A stretch of 63,807 nucleotides of DNA, the filler included, from Octopus bimaculoides (Eukaryota): the NCBI RefSeq assembly GCF_001194135.2. It is 9 parts of 7 records of this genome, joined end to end, with 100 filler letters (N's around TTAATTAATTAA, not from the genome) between each part and the next. Parts side by side here need not be neighbours in the genome. Positions count along the whole stretch, not along the records: positions 45,483 to 54,275 come from NC_068996.1; positions 54,376 to 56,891 come from NC_068982.1; positions 56,992 to 60,950 come from NC_068994.1; positions 61,051 to 62,377 come from NC_069000.1; positions 62,478 to 63,807 come from NC_068984.1; 4 more parts are not named here. The stretch is one strand, 5' to 3'. The position numbers and the translations under genes were made by a program. Every line of letters starts with the position of its first letter. The stretch's first letter is position 1. The notes beneath the pieces are model-generated. The model saw only the letters and a program-made list of their open reading frames with translations. It did not search any database and was not told the DNA's origin. Positions 53,370 through 63,807 of the stretch are shown piece by piece.

Positions 53370-54375
53370 TATAATAAATACACCTTTCTTTTATTAGTCA
53401 CAAGATTGTTGTTTCGGAAAGTAAATCTAATAATTCTAATAATGCTTCCTTTATTAGAATTTGTTCCGGTAATAAGGAAATTCAATTTTCGTCCTATCGT
53501 AGTTACCAAATGTTTTTGACTGTAATACTTGTTATTTTCTATAATCGATCTTTCTACGTATCCTCGCTGCGGGGTGGAAAAACGGCCACCTTTTGCTCGA
53601 CCATAAACCGTTTTTGCTTTGAATACAGATAGAATCACTGTTTGTGGGTAGACATTGCAAAGATGGTAACGTCTTTTCTTCGTAGTGCCAGAGCGGGATT
53701 TTGTTACTTTTGAGGTGGTAGCAGCAGCTATGTTATTTCTGCCTTTTCTCTCAGCTGTTGAAATGATGTTGATGGTGTTGATGGTAATGGTGGTTTTTCT
53801 CTATTTTCTGAGATGTTATCTGCTTGCAATAAAGATGGCAGTTGCTTGATATTTGCTTTTATTTTTTGTTGCTGTTCTTCATGGTAGTTCTCTTTTGCTT
53901 GTCGCGTCATTCTTGATCTTGTCGATGTGGCGATGTGGTTTATAGTGGTGGAAGCGCTACAGGTAGTGTCCCCGTCACCGTCTATTCTTCTGTTTTTACG
54001 GCATTGCTGTTTTTTTTATATCACCATTGCCATTGGCAGTGGCAGTGGCAGTGGTAGTGCATGGTGTCAAGACTGCAGTTCCAAATGTCATTTACATCTA
54101 TCTATCCAGTATCCGGCCAAACTTTCGAGTTGTTTTTCAGGAAAAATAAATATCAAATTTGGGCTCAGGTGTTTAAAAAAAAAAAAAAAGAAAATTAGCA
54201 AATTTGAACTCAAATGCAAAAAAACAAAAAAAACAGAAAATGACACAAGTCGAAACTCGACCCGTTCCCTAGGATNNNNNNNNNNNNNNNNNNNNNNNNN
54301 NNNNNNNNNNNNNNNNNNNTTAATTAATTAANNNNNNNNNNNNNNNNNNNNNNNNNNNNNNNNNNNNNNNNNNNN

Positions 54376-54407
<32 letters not shown>

Positions 54408-55150
54408 TGTGTGAGTGTTTGTGTGTGTGCCCGCGTGCGTGTATGTGTCTATGTGCGTGCGTGTGCGAGCTTACATGCGTGCGTGCGTGCGTGTATGCGT
54501 GTGTGTGTGTGTGGATGTGTGTGTTGTGCGCGCGCGCATCATGCAGATTCGATTGACGCCTTTTGCAGCTACTCGAAGTTCAATGACTACTGGATCGGTC
54601 ACAGGAACCTTTAATCTACGGAGTAGGAATATTCGCAAGACTGATCAGTTAATCCCGGAATCCCGATTAGCTTCACAAGGCATCAGATCAATAGATATTA
54701 TTATTATACATTACACCTTGTCTTGAACACTATTCTTCTATTCGTAATAAGCAATGTAATTATATCATTGTATATATGAGTGAGATTATTGATTTATTCC
54801 AATAATGCCAGGCATGATATTTTCAATAATGTATTGCTCCTTCTAGTCAATACCGTTATCCACTCAGTGAACTCAAATAATCTTTCTCATAATATGAGAA
54901 TGGAATACAGTGAGATAGCGCCTGAAGAAGTCGTAGAAAACAATGTGGTTGAGTTATTAGGGTCCCATGGAGAAATGTCTGATGAGAAGGAGCTGATTAT
55001 ATCAGAACAAGAGCAAGCTGCAGTGCAAGTAGATTTGACAACCGCTATAGATATACTAGGGGACAAACAAACATGCACGCATACGTGAAATATATATGCA
55101 TACATACATACATATGTGTGTGTATGTATGTATGTATGTATGTATGTATG

Positions 55151-56580
55151 ACATTATTCAGTTTATTTCAAGATTTCTTGCCAATAGAAAGAACCAATTT
55201 CTACCCTAGATCCAAGGCTCCTTCATTGGAATTTCAACATCAACAACAGGGTATTTTTGTATGTTTGTATGTATGTATGTATGTATGTATGTTTTATGTA
55301 TGTATTCTCATGCATATAGTTACATATCTAAACATGCTCATATATATCTAAATGATAAACTTCTGGAAAGTTTTACTGATTTTTACAGTTCCAGTGATGG
55401 ATCGGATCTGTAGTCTTCGAATTAGCTTTCTCCTTTCTGGTTTTGAGAAGCTTAATTTCTCAAGATTGGTATTTAGGCAGTGTGTTACATATCCCAGGAC
55501 TCCAATAATTACAGGTACAGACCTGAACTTGTAATCTGGATAGAGTAACTGCAGATTTCTCAATAGTTCAGCATAGATGTCCTCTTTTTCACTGATCTTC
55601 AGCTTTATGTTAACATCCGCTGGACATCTAATTTCCACAATTGTACACTGTTTCTCAATTTTATCCCAAATCATTATATCAGGTCTGTTGTGCTTACATT
55701 TTATTGAGGTCGTCACTGGTACATTCCACCAATATTCCTGTTTATTAGGAGTGGCTATGGCTTCTATCATATTGTGGGTTCTTATTTCTTTGTCCCCTGG
55801 ATTATACTTCCGACGGATTTCATTATACAGTGTTCAAGCTACAACGTCATGTCTCATCGGTAGATAATACCTTTATGACATTTTCGGACAACTGTTTATG
55901 ATGTGGCTGATATCTTCAGCGTGAGCTCCACAAAGTCTGCATCGGTTGTCACCCTTTTCCCGGCTTTACCTGCATCTCTATCCCTTTTGTGCATCAGGTA
56001 CTTGGTTGATATTTCCTGTTCCTGGATTGCAAACGCATACCCTTCGAAGTGGGAGGTAATAATCCGGCTATTCATTCATGATAAACTGCTTTGATGATCG
56101 ATGTTGCTATCATCACGGAGATTTCTACTAACATATGCATGCATAGTCTTCTGCTCATATAGGCTCATCCGTTCACCTAATGGTATGTTGCGGTAGAGTC
56201 GTGCGACTTCTTTGGGCATGTATGTTAGGTTATCAGACAAAGAGCGTTGCTCAACGAGCTGCCTTCCAAATTTCATGATGTTATCAGCCTCATGTATGCA
56301 AACTTGGTCACGGGATGCACTTCGACACTTGATGGTTAAAAGATGTTGCCGAAGAGATATGATGCGACATTCAAAGGCATTTTGGATCGATGTTAAGCCT
56401 CTGCCGCCTTGTTTTCGTTTTAGGTAGGGGCGTTTTACGTCACTGTTTATGTGGAAATTATGTGTGTTTGTTAGTATTTTGGGGGATTTCACATCAATCG
56501 CTCGGATCTCATCAGACGTCCAATCAAGCAGTCCTAATGTTGGTATGAGTACTGGCACTGCAAACATATTGTGGGCCACT
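55151..56580 (-). mobile_element. 5'-truncated R4-like non-LTR element bounded by (CATA)n
   Basis: HNMFAVPVL...LDWT...YLKRKQGGRGL (ORF 56076-56579) and WWNVP...HNRPDIMIWD...VEI.CP...PVIIGVLG (ORF 55348-55770); AATAAA immediately before the terminal (CATA)n. Confidence 0.9.
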
Positions 56581-56719
56581 GTTTTATGTATGTATGTATG
56601 TATGTATGTATGTATGTATATCGTTCTTGCATCTCATATGTTGAAATAAATCTTGTTGCATCTTGGCAGAGTCATTAAGCCAATAATAAAAATAAACACA
56701 CGCACTGCGAGTCTATTAT

Positions 56720-56859
56720 TGTTGGAGTGCTTCCAAACCACATGGTTCTGGGTTCAGTCCCACTGTGTGACACCTTGGGCAAATGTCTTCTGCTATAGCC
56801 TCGGGCTGACCAATGCCTTGTAAGCGGATTTGGTAGACAGAAACTGAAAGAAGCCCGTC

Positions 56860-56862
<3 letters not shown>
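56720..56862 (+). mobile_element. tRNA-derived SINE family B
   Basis: ccacatggttctgggttcagtcccactg (B-box-like)...gaaactgaaagaagcccgtcg(ta)n. Confidence 0.75.
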
Positions 56863-56891
<29 letters not shown>

Positions 56892-56991
56892 NNNNNNNNN
56901 NNNNNNNNNNNNNNNNNNNNNNNNNNNNNNNNNNNTTAATTAATTAANNNNNNNNNNNNNNNNNNNNNNNNNNNNNNNNNNNNNNNNNNNN

Positions 56992-57039
<48 letters not shown>

Positions 57040-57041
<2 letters not shown>

Positions 57042-57140
57042 TCACAAGGCTTTGGTCGGCCTGAGGCTATAGTGGAACACTTGCCCAAGGTGCCACGCAG
57101 TTGGACTGAACCTGGGACCATGTGGTTGGGAAGCAAACCT
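57040..57140 (-). mobile_element. SINE family B copy
   Basis: ctcacaaggctttggtcggcctgaggctatagtggaacacttgcccaaggtgccacgcag. Confidence 0.75.
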
Positions 57141-57529
57141 ATAAATATATATATATATATATACAAATACACACACATAAATACATATACATACATATAT
57201 GCACACATATATCTACATATAATATATAATCATACATTTACAGAGACAAACATACAGATACATACGCAACTTACATACATAGATACATACATAAGGAGAA
57301 ACTATTCGATTTAAAAAGTTAAGTTAATATAAAGTACACGCATTAAAAGTGTAATCTGATATGTTGCTGCAGCGAGTTCTACAGTCCCGCTTTCAATACG
57401 ACTAAGGTTTTCGTTATAACTTATCGTCTGACATAATGTTATATATTTGCTCAAATTGAAGCTTATAAATACTCAGATTTTACAATGCAAATACTTGAAG
57501 TATAAAATTTAACACGTAAAATATATAAC

Positions 57530-58640
57530 TGTAAAGAAAATGCTCAAAAAATTCAAACTGATAGAGTAAAGAAATTTTGTAGAAAGAAACCAAGATATAC
57601 AAAAGATGAAATTGAAGAGAATAAGGAAAATAAAGTCAGAAGAGGTAAAGCAGAAAAAAGATAAAGATAGGCGAGATGATGATAAGGAAAAATGGAGGAG
57701 GTGATAAGAGTTAGAACATATTTCATGCTAATATAATAGTGGATAGAATGAGATACGATTATTGCATAATGGCTACAGCGTATATTTATGAGGAAGAAGC
57801 GTGAAGGTGAATAAGAAAATGTATAGTTTGTGATTATGTAAGTAGGGAGAAATAAGAAAAAAGGTGTTAAAGATAAGAAAAGAGAGAAAATGTAAGAGTA
57901 AAATATATATATAAAAAAGAAAGCGAAAAAGTGAGGTAGAGAGGAAGAGTACAAGGAGAACAACCTATAGGTTCTTATATAAATAAAATAAAGGGAAAGG
58001 CCCTTCAAGATTCAATAGACAAAATCGAATTCTTTCTCAGTTATGAGAAAAAGCGACGTCAGTTTGCTAATAGTTTTCATTCTTATGCGAAATAACTTTG
58101 AGCACTTAGCTAATAGAGTCTTTGACTGAGAACGCGGATTAAGAGAACTCTGAATATTCATAAGATGCTTATAGAACTTCAAGGAAAACGAGCGGAGAAC
58201 TTCAAAGAAATTCTATCTATAAAATTGCAATATATTCAGCCTCGATAGGCAGAATAAAGTTACGTAGAATACGTTTGCTTTGGGAACAACTTTTCGAAAT
58301 GAACTCATCCCTAGTTGAGAGGAAGCGCCAATATGCAGAGACTTTTTTACAGCTATACAAGCAGCACGATCTAGATCCTCCAGAATATTGTGTAGCAAAG
58401 TGGATCACCGATCGTAGTATGTTAAAGTTAGTGGTCGTCATCTTTTATTCTCCAGACACGCTGTGAAAGAGAGGTGGTACTTCTGTTCTCTGGTTGGCTG
58501 AAAGAATGTCTGTTGTGTAGGAGGTCTTAGGAGTATGCTCTGTCGTGTCTAAATAAGCTTGTTTACAGTAGCCTGCTAACTTTACTTACAGAGGCATTTG
58601 CCATCGAACAGACATAAATTGATATTAGAACAACTACATT
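57530..58640 (-). mobile_element. Penelope-like element 3' relic (Neptune-type GIY-YIG C-terminus plus pyrimidine-rich tail)
   Basis: RHSFSQPENRSTTSLSQRVWRIKD, YSGGSRSC and RDEFISK resemble HxxSF...TxLSxxIWxLK...YSGGSKRC...LNKRSELISKCRH. Confidence 0.6.
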
Positions 58641-59141
58641 CAGGCAGGTTAGTTATATGACGTATGACTATTATTGAGATATTTTATTCTTTGTTGCCAG
58701 AAATAATATTGTAATGTTTTTAATACAGCTGTAAATATGGAGTTTTTGTTAAAACTTCTGTGGTGTCAGCGACCAATTGGAAATTTCTTCTGTAAACTGA
58801 AACGAACTTCTTTTCGATTTTGGATTCAACACCTAAGCTGTAAACCAGGTCATGCTAAGCTCGCATGATTCTGATAGTGCGAAATGCTTCGATATTGTAC
58901 AGATTGTATCATCTCTTGGAAGCCGCTCTCTCTCTAAAGCGTTATCATTATAGATTGATGCACAGTTAAAGTTTGCTTAATCTGGAATTGAAATAACACA
59001 ACTAATTTAATTCATTAAATTCTCCAAGGTTACAGGGCGGTTGATTGGTATAGATATATTATATTCAGATAAGTCTTATTGGCTAGCGGCATGAATTCGA
59101 ATTTAAAGCTGTGACGATTAAGCTTTTTGAAATAATCTTCG

Positions 59142-59316
59142 TATGGTCTATACTCGTGTATAAGGTGCATTATTTCATATTTAATTTTAAATGAAAAAAA
59201 AAAACTGGTGTGCGACTTATACCTGGAGTAAAGCTAAAACTACGAGGGGAAAAAAAATTTGTACCAAGATTTAATACTAAATTAGGGGTGCGACTTCTAC
59301 ACGAGTAAATACGATA
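59142..59316. mobile_element. pogo/Tigger-type MITE
   Basis: tatggtctatactcgtgtataag ... cttctacacgagtaaatacgata imperfect TIRs; internal gtgcgactt repeated. Confidence 0.6.
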
Positions 59317-59439
59317 AATGACCACAAATACACACACACACAAATAGTGCTACATTTACAGTATGCTATGCATATATATGTATGAATAATTGCTTCTATA
59401 CATGCAAGGGTGCTCGATATAATAAAATAGTGAGTGTTT

Positions 59440-59660
59440 AAAACGTGGTGAGCTGGCAGAATCGTTAAGCACGTCGGACAAAATAATTAGAAGTATTTCT
59501 TTCGTCTCTTTACGTTTTGAGTTCAAATTCCTCCGAGGTCGGCCTAGCCTTTCATTCCCGGAGGTCGATAAATAAAGTACTAGTCAAATACTGGGGTTAA
59601 TTTTATTGACTTATTCCGTTTCCCCAAATTGCTGACCTAGTGCCAAAATTTGAATCTAAT
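59440..59660 (+). mobile_element. SINE family A copy
   Basis: gagctggcagaatcgttaagc...cgttttgagttcaaattcctccgagg...gccaaaatttgaatc. Confidence 0.78.
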
Positions 59661-60689
59661 ATTTACGTTAAGCTTTTTAATCATCTGCTAGAAGTAGTAG
59701 TTAAATCAACAACAAATCACAACCTTATATCTTTAAAGTAGGACTGAGCACATAATATAACTATAGATACAATATAATAAAAAAAAATAGATAGGATGGC
59801 CCTAAATGGAACGATTTTTATCATAGATCTGTACAATAATAGCTGATCTGGTAGAAAAAAAAAACATTCATTAAAATGGTCTTCCGACATTTGTAGCGTG
59901 GATTATTCTAGAATCGAGAAAGTTGCAATTACCAAATTTATCTTCCACAGGTTTCGAAAACGAACCTTCCCTCTTACAAATATGCCAGCATCATTGCAGT
60001 ACTTCCAGTGTATATATTTTCTAATTAGGGAATTGAATTATTCTTCCAATTTAACACTGTCTCACGCTGGGTTTTTTGGGGTTTGTGTGTTAAAAATATA
60101 ATGTAAAATATTTGTGGTGATTTACAAAAAACAAAATGGCGTGAATTGGTTGTGTTGTATAAAAACAAAAACATTGAGAGCAGCTGGACGTCTGACTAAT
60201 TGTGTTGTCAAATTTGTATAAATTACAGATAATGAAAGCTAATGGGCTGGAAATAAATGAAAACAAATAGACAAAACAAATAAATTAAATATAGTAACTA
60301 CATTCAGGATGTACACCATCACATTGGAAATCTAATCTAATCTAATCTATCTATCTATCTATCTAGACGGTGAGATAGATAGAAAAATATAGAAAAATAT
60401 ATCTAGACAGATAGACTAATAGATAGACATATAGCTGTCTATATAAGCTCCAGCAGACAATATAATGTAGCTTAAGGCAAGATACATTATTTGCCTTAAG
60501 TCTATTGATTTTGCTGGATAAAAAAAGACAAAAACTACTCTCGTCTTCCTCCTACCGCTTCACAGTTGTACAGTTATTTAAAGGAAGCTCTCCCCACGCC
60601 AATCAATCATAGGAAGGTTACTTCCTCTCCTCTTGCCATTTCAAAGCTGTACAGCTACTTTTTATTTTTTTATCTTGTATATGTTTTAG

Positions 60690-60875
60690 TGTTTGGACTG
60701 CTGCTATGCTGGTGCACCGCCTTGAAGGGTTTAGCCGAGCAAATCGATCCCAATACTTCCTTCCTTTTTAAAGTCTACTACTTATTCCCTCGTTCTCCTT
60801 TTGCCGAACCGCTAAATTGCGGGGTTATAAAGAAACCAGCATCAATTGTCAAACGGTGGTTCAGCAACCACCAAC

Positions 60876-60880
<5 letters not shown>
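60690..60880 (-). mobile_element. SINE family C copy
   Basis: Homologous to 7346-7552 (gccttgaagggtttagccgagcaaatcgatccc...ttttgccgaaccgctaa). Confidence 0.6.
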
Positions 60881-60950
<70 letters not shown>

Positions 60951-61058
60951 NNNNNNNNNNNNNNNNNNNNNNNNNNNNNNNNNNNNNNNNNNNNTTAATT
61001 AATTAANNNNNNNNNNNNNNNNNNNNNNNNNNNNNNNNNNNNNNNNNNNNTATATATA

Positions 61059-61089
<31 letters not shown>

Positions 61090-61189
61090 TCAGGCATGTA
61101 TGTATATATGTATGTATATAGAAGTATCTATATATGTATCTTAGATAACTTCGATCACTTAGGCATGTTTCGCCCAAAGATTGGCGCAG

Positions 61190-62230
61190 ACCATGTCTAA
61201 CTTAATAGCACCACTTGATAGGAGCTTTTTAGTCGTTTTTAAGTCAAGGGAATTGCTGTGGACTGAGATGTATCCAAGTATAGATGGCTCATCTGGTATC
61301 CCTTGAAAAATTTGTTCCTGTTTCGTTTGAAGGTAATGGGATCTTTTTCTTCTTTGATTTGCTTTGGGACAATGTTAAATAGAGCAGGGCCTGTTGAGGA
61401 TGAGAAATTGTGTTGCAGTTAATATATGTATAGCGATCTTGAATTGTATGGGGAACGTATGGCACGTGGTCCCAGTCTTGAATGAATTCTGAATCTGATG
61501 TTAAGTGGTTTGGGCGATGCTGGTGATCTATCTCTACGTTGTGCAAATGGTGTAGCGCTCACGCAGCGGTGGAGTGAATAAACATTCAATGTTTTAAGGC
61601 GGACCCAATAATCAAGATCAGTCATACCTTTGATTCTTTTAGTGAAAGGTCTCTTGGGTGACACAATCCCCAGAAAGTTTTCTTTGGTGTGGGGAGACCA
61701 TAAGGGCAGCAGTATTCTAGGTGTGGCCGTACATACAAAAGATCTGAAGAGGAGAACGATGACATCTTGCTCTCGGGACAGGAAAGTTCTGAGGATTCAG
61801 GAGCTTATTCAAGAGCTTATTCAGAAATTTCGAGCCGGAATCTGCAGCCTAGAAGACGAACCTCGTCCTGGAAGATCTGTAGAGCTCGACGAGGACGTCC
61901 TGCAAACCCTGGTGGAACAAAATCCCCTCGTAACTGTTGAGGAACTAGCAGAGAAGCCTGGATTTGGTCATTCAACCATTCATCGACTTCATTGTTGATG
62001 TGGGCAATAGTTGTCAATAGTCACTCCTACCTCTCTGATGTTATTGGATGTCGTGAGTAGTTTCCCTGAAGGAGGAGAATATCATTGATGGAAAGCAGTC
62101 TCCCCTCAACCCTCAAACTGCATATTGTTTTTGTCAGTTCATTGGTTTACAGACTGGAGTTTTACTTCGATCTTCTCCAGTTTTCAGGAGCTAGTAGTCA
62201 TCTGCGAATATTCTTAGATTGCTGTGTTTG
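61190..62230 (-). mobile_element. CR1-group LINE 3' fragment (RT FADD motif to 3' UTR), interrupted
   Basis: RIFADD (~62195-62215), NNIREVGVTID, LFRSFV/RPHLEYCCP/LWSPHTK and FTKRIKGMTDLDYWVRLKTL on the minus strand. Confidence 0.8.
61815..61990 (+). mobile_element. Mariner transposase HTH fragment inside the CR1 relic
   Basis: QKFRAGICSLEDEPRPGRSVELDEDVLQTLVEQNPLVTVEELAEKPGFGHSTIHR (LEDxPRxGRP motif). Confidence 0.85.
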
Positions 62231-62316
62231 ATGACGCTGGGGATGTCGTTTATATAGGCACATACATGTATGTATGTATATATGTATGTATGTATATGAA
62301 CACACACATGCATATG

Positions 62317-62377
<61 letters not shown>

Positions 62378-63217
62378 NNNNNNNNNNNNNNNNNNNNNNN
62401 NNNNNNNNNNNNNNNNNNNNNTTAATTAATTAANNNNNNNNNNNNNNNNNNNNNNNNNNNNNNNNNNNNNNNNNNNNGTGCTGGATTTCAGATAAGTGCT
62501 CTTGGTATGAGAAATATCTGAAACCTTAAAAGTATTCAAAGATTTAATCAGAGCGATTATATACTATAAAGTAAAAGCAGGAAAAATTACGTCAAAAAAT
62601 CACAGAAGATATACGTCCATAATATGAATAATAGTGTATTAATAGATAAATATATAAAGTATGGTTATTTAAAAAGGTTTGAGATATCTTATGATCGTTT
62701 CATGAATGTATTACCCATCAAAATGAAATCCAAAATTGATAATCATTATTAGATAATACAGCCATTCGTCAGAGAAAAGGATGATTTTCCGTGTAGTCAA
62801 TCGAAAGAGATGCTATCTAAAATCGTATTATAAAGATTTTGTTTAAAAGATTACTGGTATAGATGTGTATTGGTACAAAATTGGGCTAGAAATTTTGAAA
62901 AAATAATATTAATTCATAGTAAAATCCTTTGTAATAATCCATAATGGCTGTGTGTATCACTAAATAATTGTAATCTCAGCATTACTTTGGTAAGCATGAT
63001 GATAGTCAGCGTTTTGCTGAAGAGGTCGAATAAGACTGAAATATGTCTTGAGTTTATCGCCCGCCCCTTACTGGGAGAAAAACTCAAAACAACATTAATC
63101 AATGACTAACATTGATTTTCCTTCTCGAATAAGTGTTTCCAGATATCATGTTTATTAAATATCAACCTCATTGGTAGTTTGCTAACTGACCAATCACAAT
63201 GTATCATTTGTATCTGC

Positions 63218-63249
<32 letters not shown>

Positions 63250-63746
63250 CAGCAGCAGCAGCAGCAGTAGAAGATGCTGTTGTTGATGATGGTGGTGATA
63301 GTGGTGGTGATGATGTCTTCGATGTTGTCGTCATCGTCGTTGTTGTTGTTGTTACTGCTGCTTCTGTTGCTGCTGCTTAGTATAAAATCAGCCTTGACCG
63401 AGCAAGCCTCCGCTGACTGGTGACCCATCCTTGAGTACCTTCCACTTTTTTGTGGATGTAGGATAACATTATCAAATCTGCCCTTCTTTTTTTTCAATAA
63501 CCATAGGATGTGATTTGAGAGATTATATGGTGCTCTTTCTAGCAATCTCTTTTAACAATCACCACCTTTCTCGTATTAAAGAATTCTTCAATGCCCACTT
63601 GCTAAGATCCGGCATAATTAAATGCATAACATTTACATATGAGAATTACCTAACACCACAGGTGCATTGGCTGTCTTTACTGCATGTATGGTAAGACGCA
63701 CACATTTTGAAATTATACTTTAGTATATTTCTATACGTGATATCTG

Positions 63747-63807
<61 letters not shown>

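Noticed and set aside
56720-57140. Tail-to-tail inverted SINE B pair
   Set aside because: The two copies are separated by an artificial linker, so the arrangement may not exist in vivo.
61160-61200. ggcGAAACATG hammerhead-like half (minus strand)
   Set aside because: No CUGANGA upstream; lies in the CR1 3' UTR.

Overview
AT-rich, microsatellite-dense metazoan genomic DNA from a gapped draft assembly. The repeat families resemble those I recall from octopus/cephalopod genomes (inference, not a database result). No host gene, rRNA/tRNA gene or CRISPR array can be firmly supported, and most long ORFs in the track are microsatellite or N-gap artefacts. Eight identical 100-bp joins (44 N + TTAATTAATTAA + 44 N) are artificial, so adjacency across them is unproven. 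The interpretable content is transposon-derived: three Penelope-like (GIY-YIG) relics; a minimal hammerhead ribozyme in a pseudo-LTR; mariner and pogo-type relics and MITEs; CR1-like and L1/Tx1-like LINE fragments; three or more SINE families; and a dense nest of R4/Dong-type (restriction-like endonuclease) retrotransposon pieces at 47-57 kb. The most notable observations are: (i) non-LTR elements apparently partitioned among microsatellites - Dong-like copies in (TAA)n, a distinct R4-like lineage in (CATA)n, and Tx1-like 3' ends in (ATC)n and (ATCT)n; (ii) an in-frame fusion of two endonuclease modules; (iii) three unrelated 200-440 bp fold-back palindromes beside (TA)n tracts; (iv) a speculative chain of phase-compatible minus-strand micro-exons.
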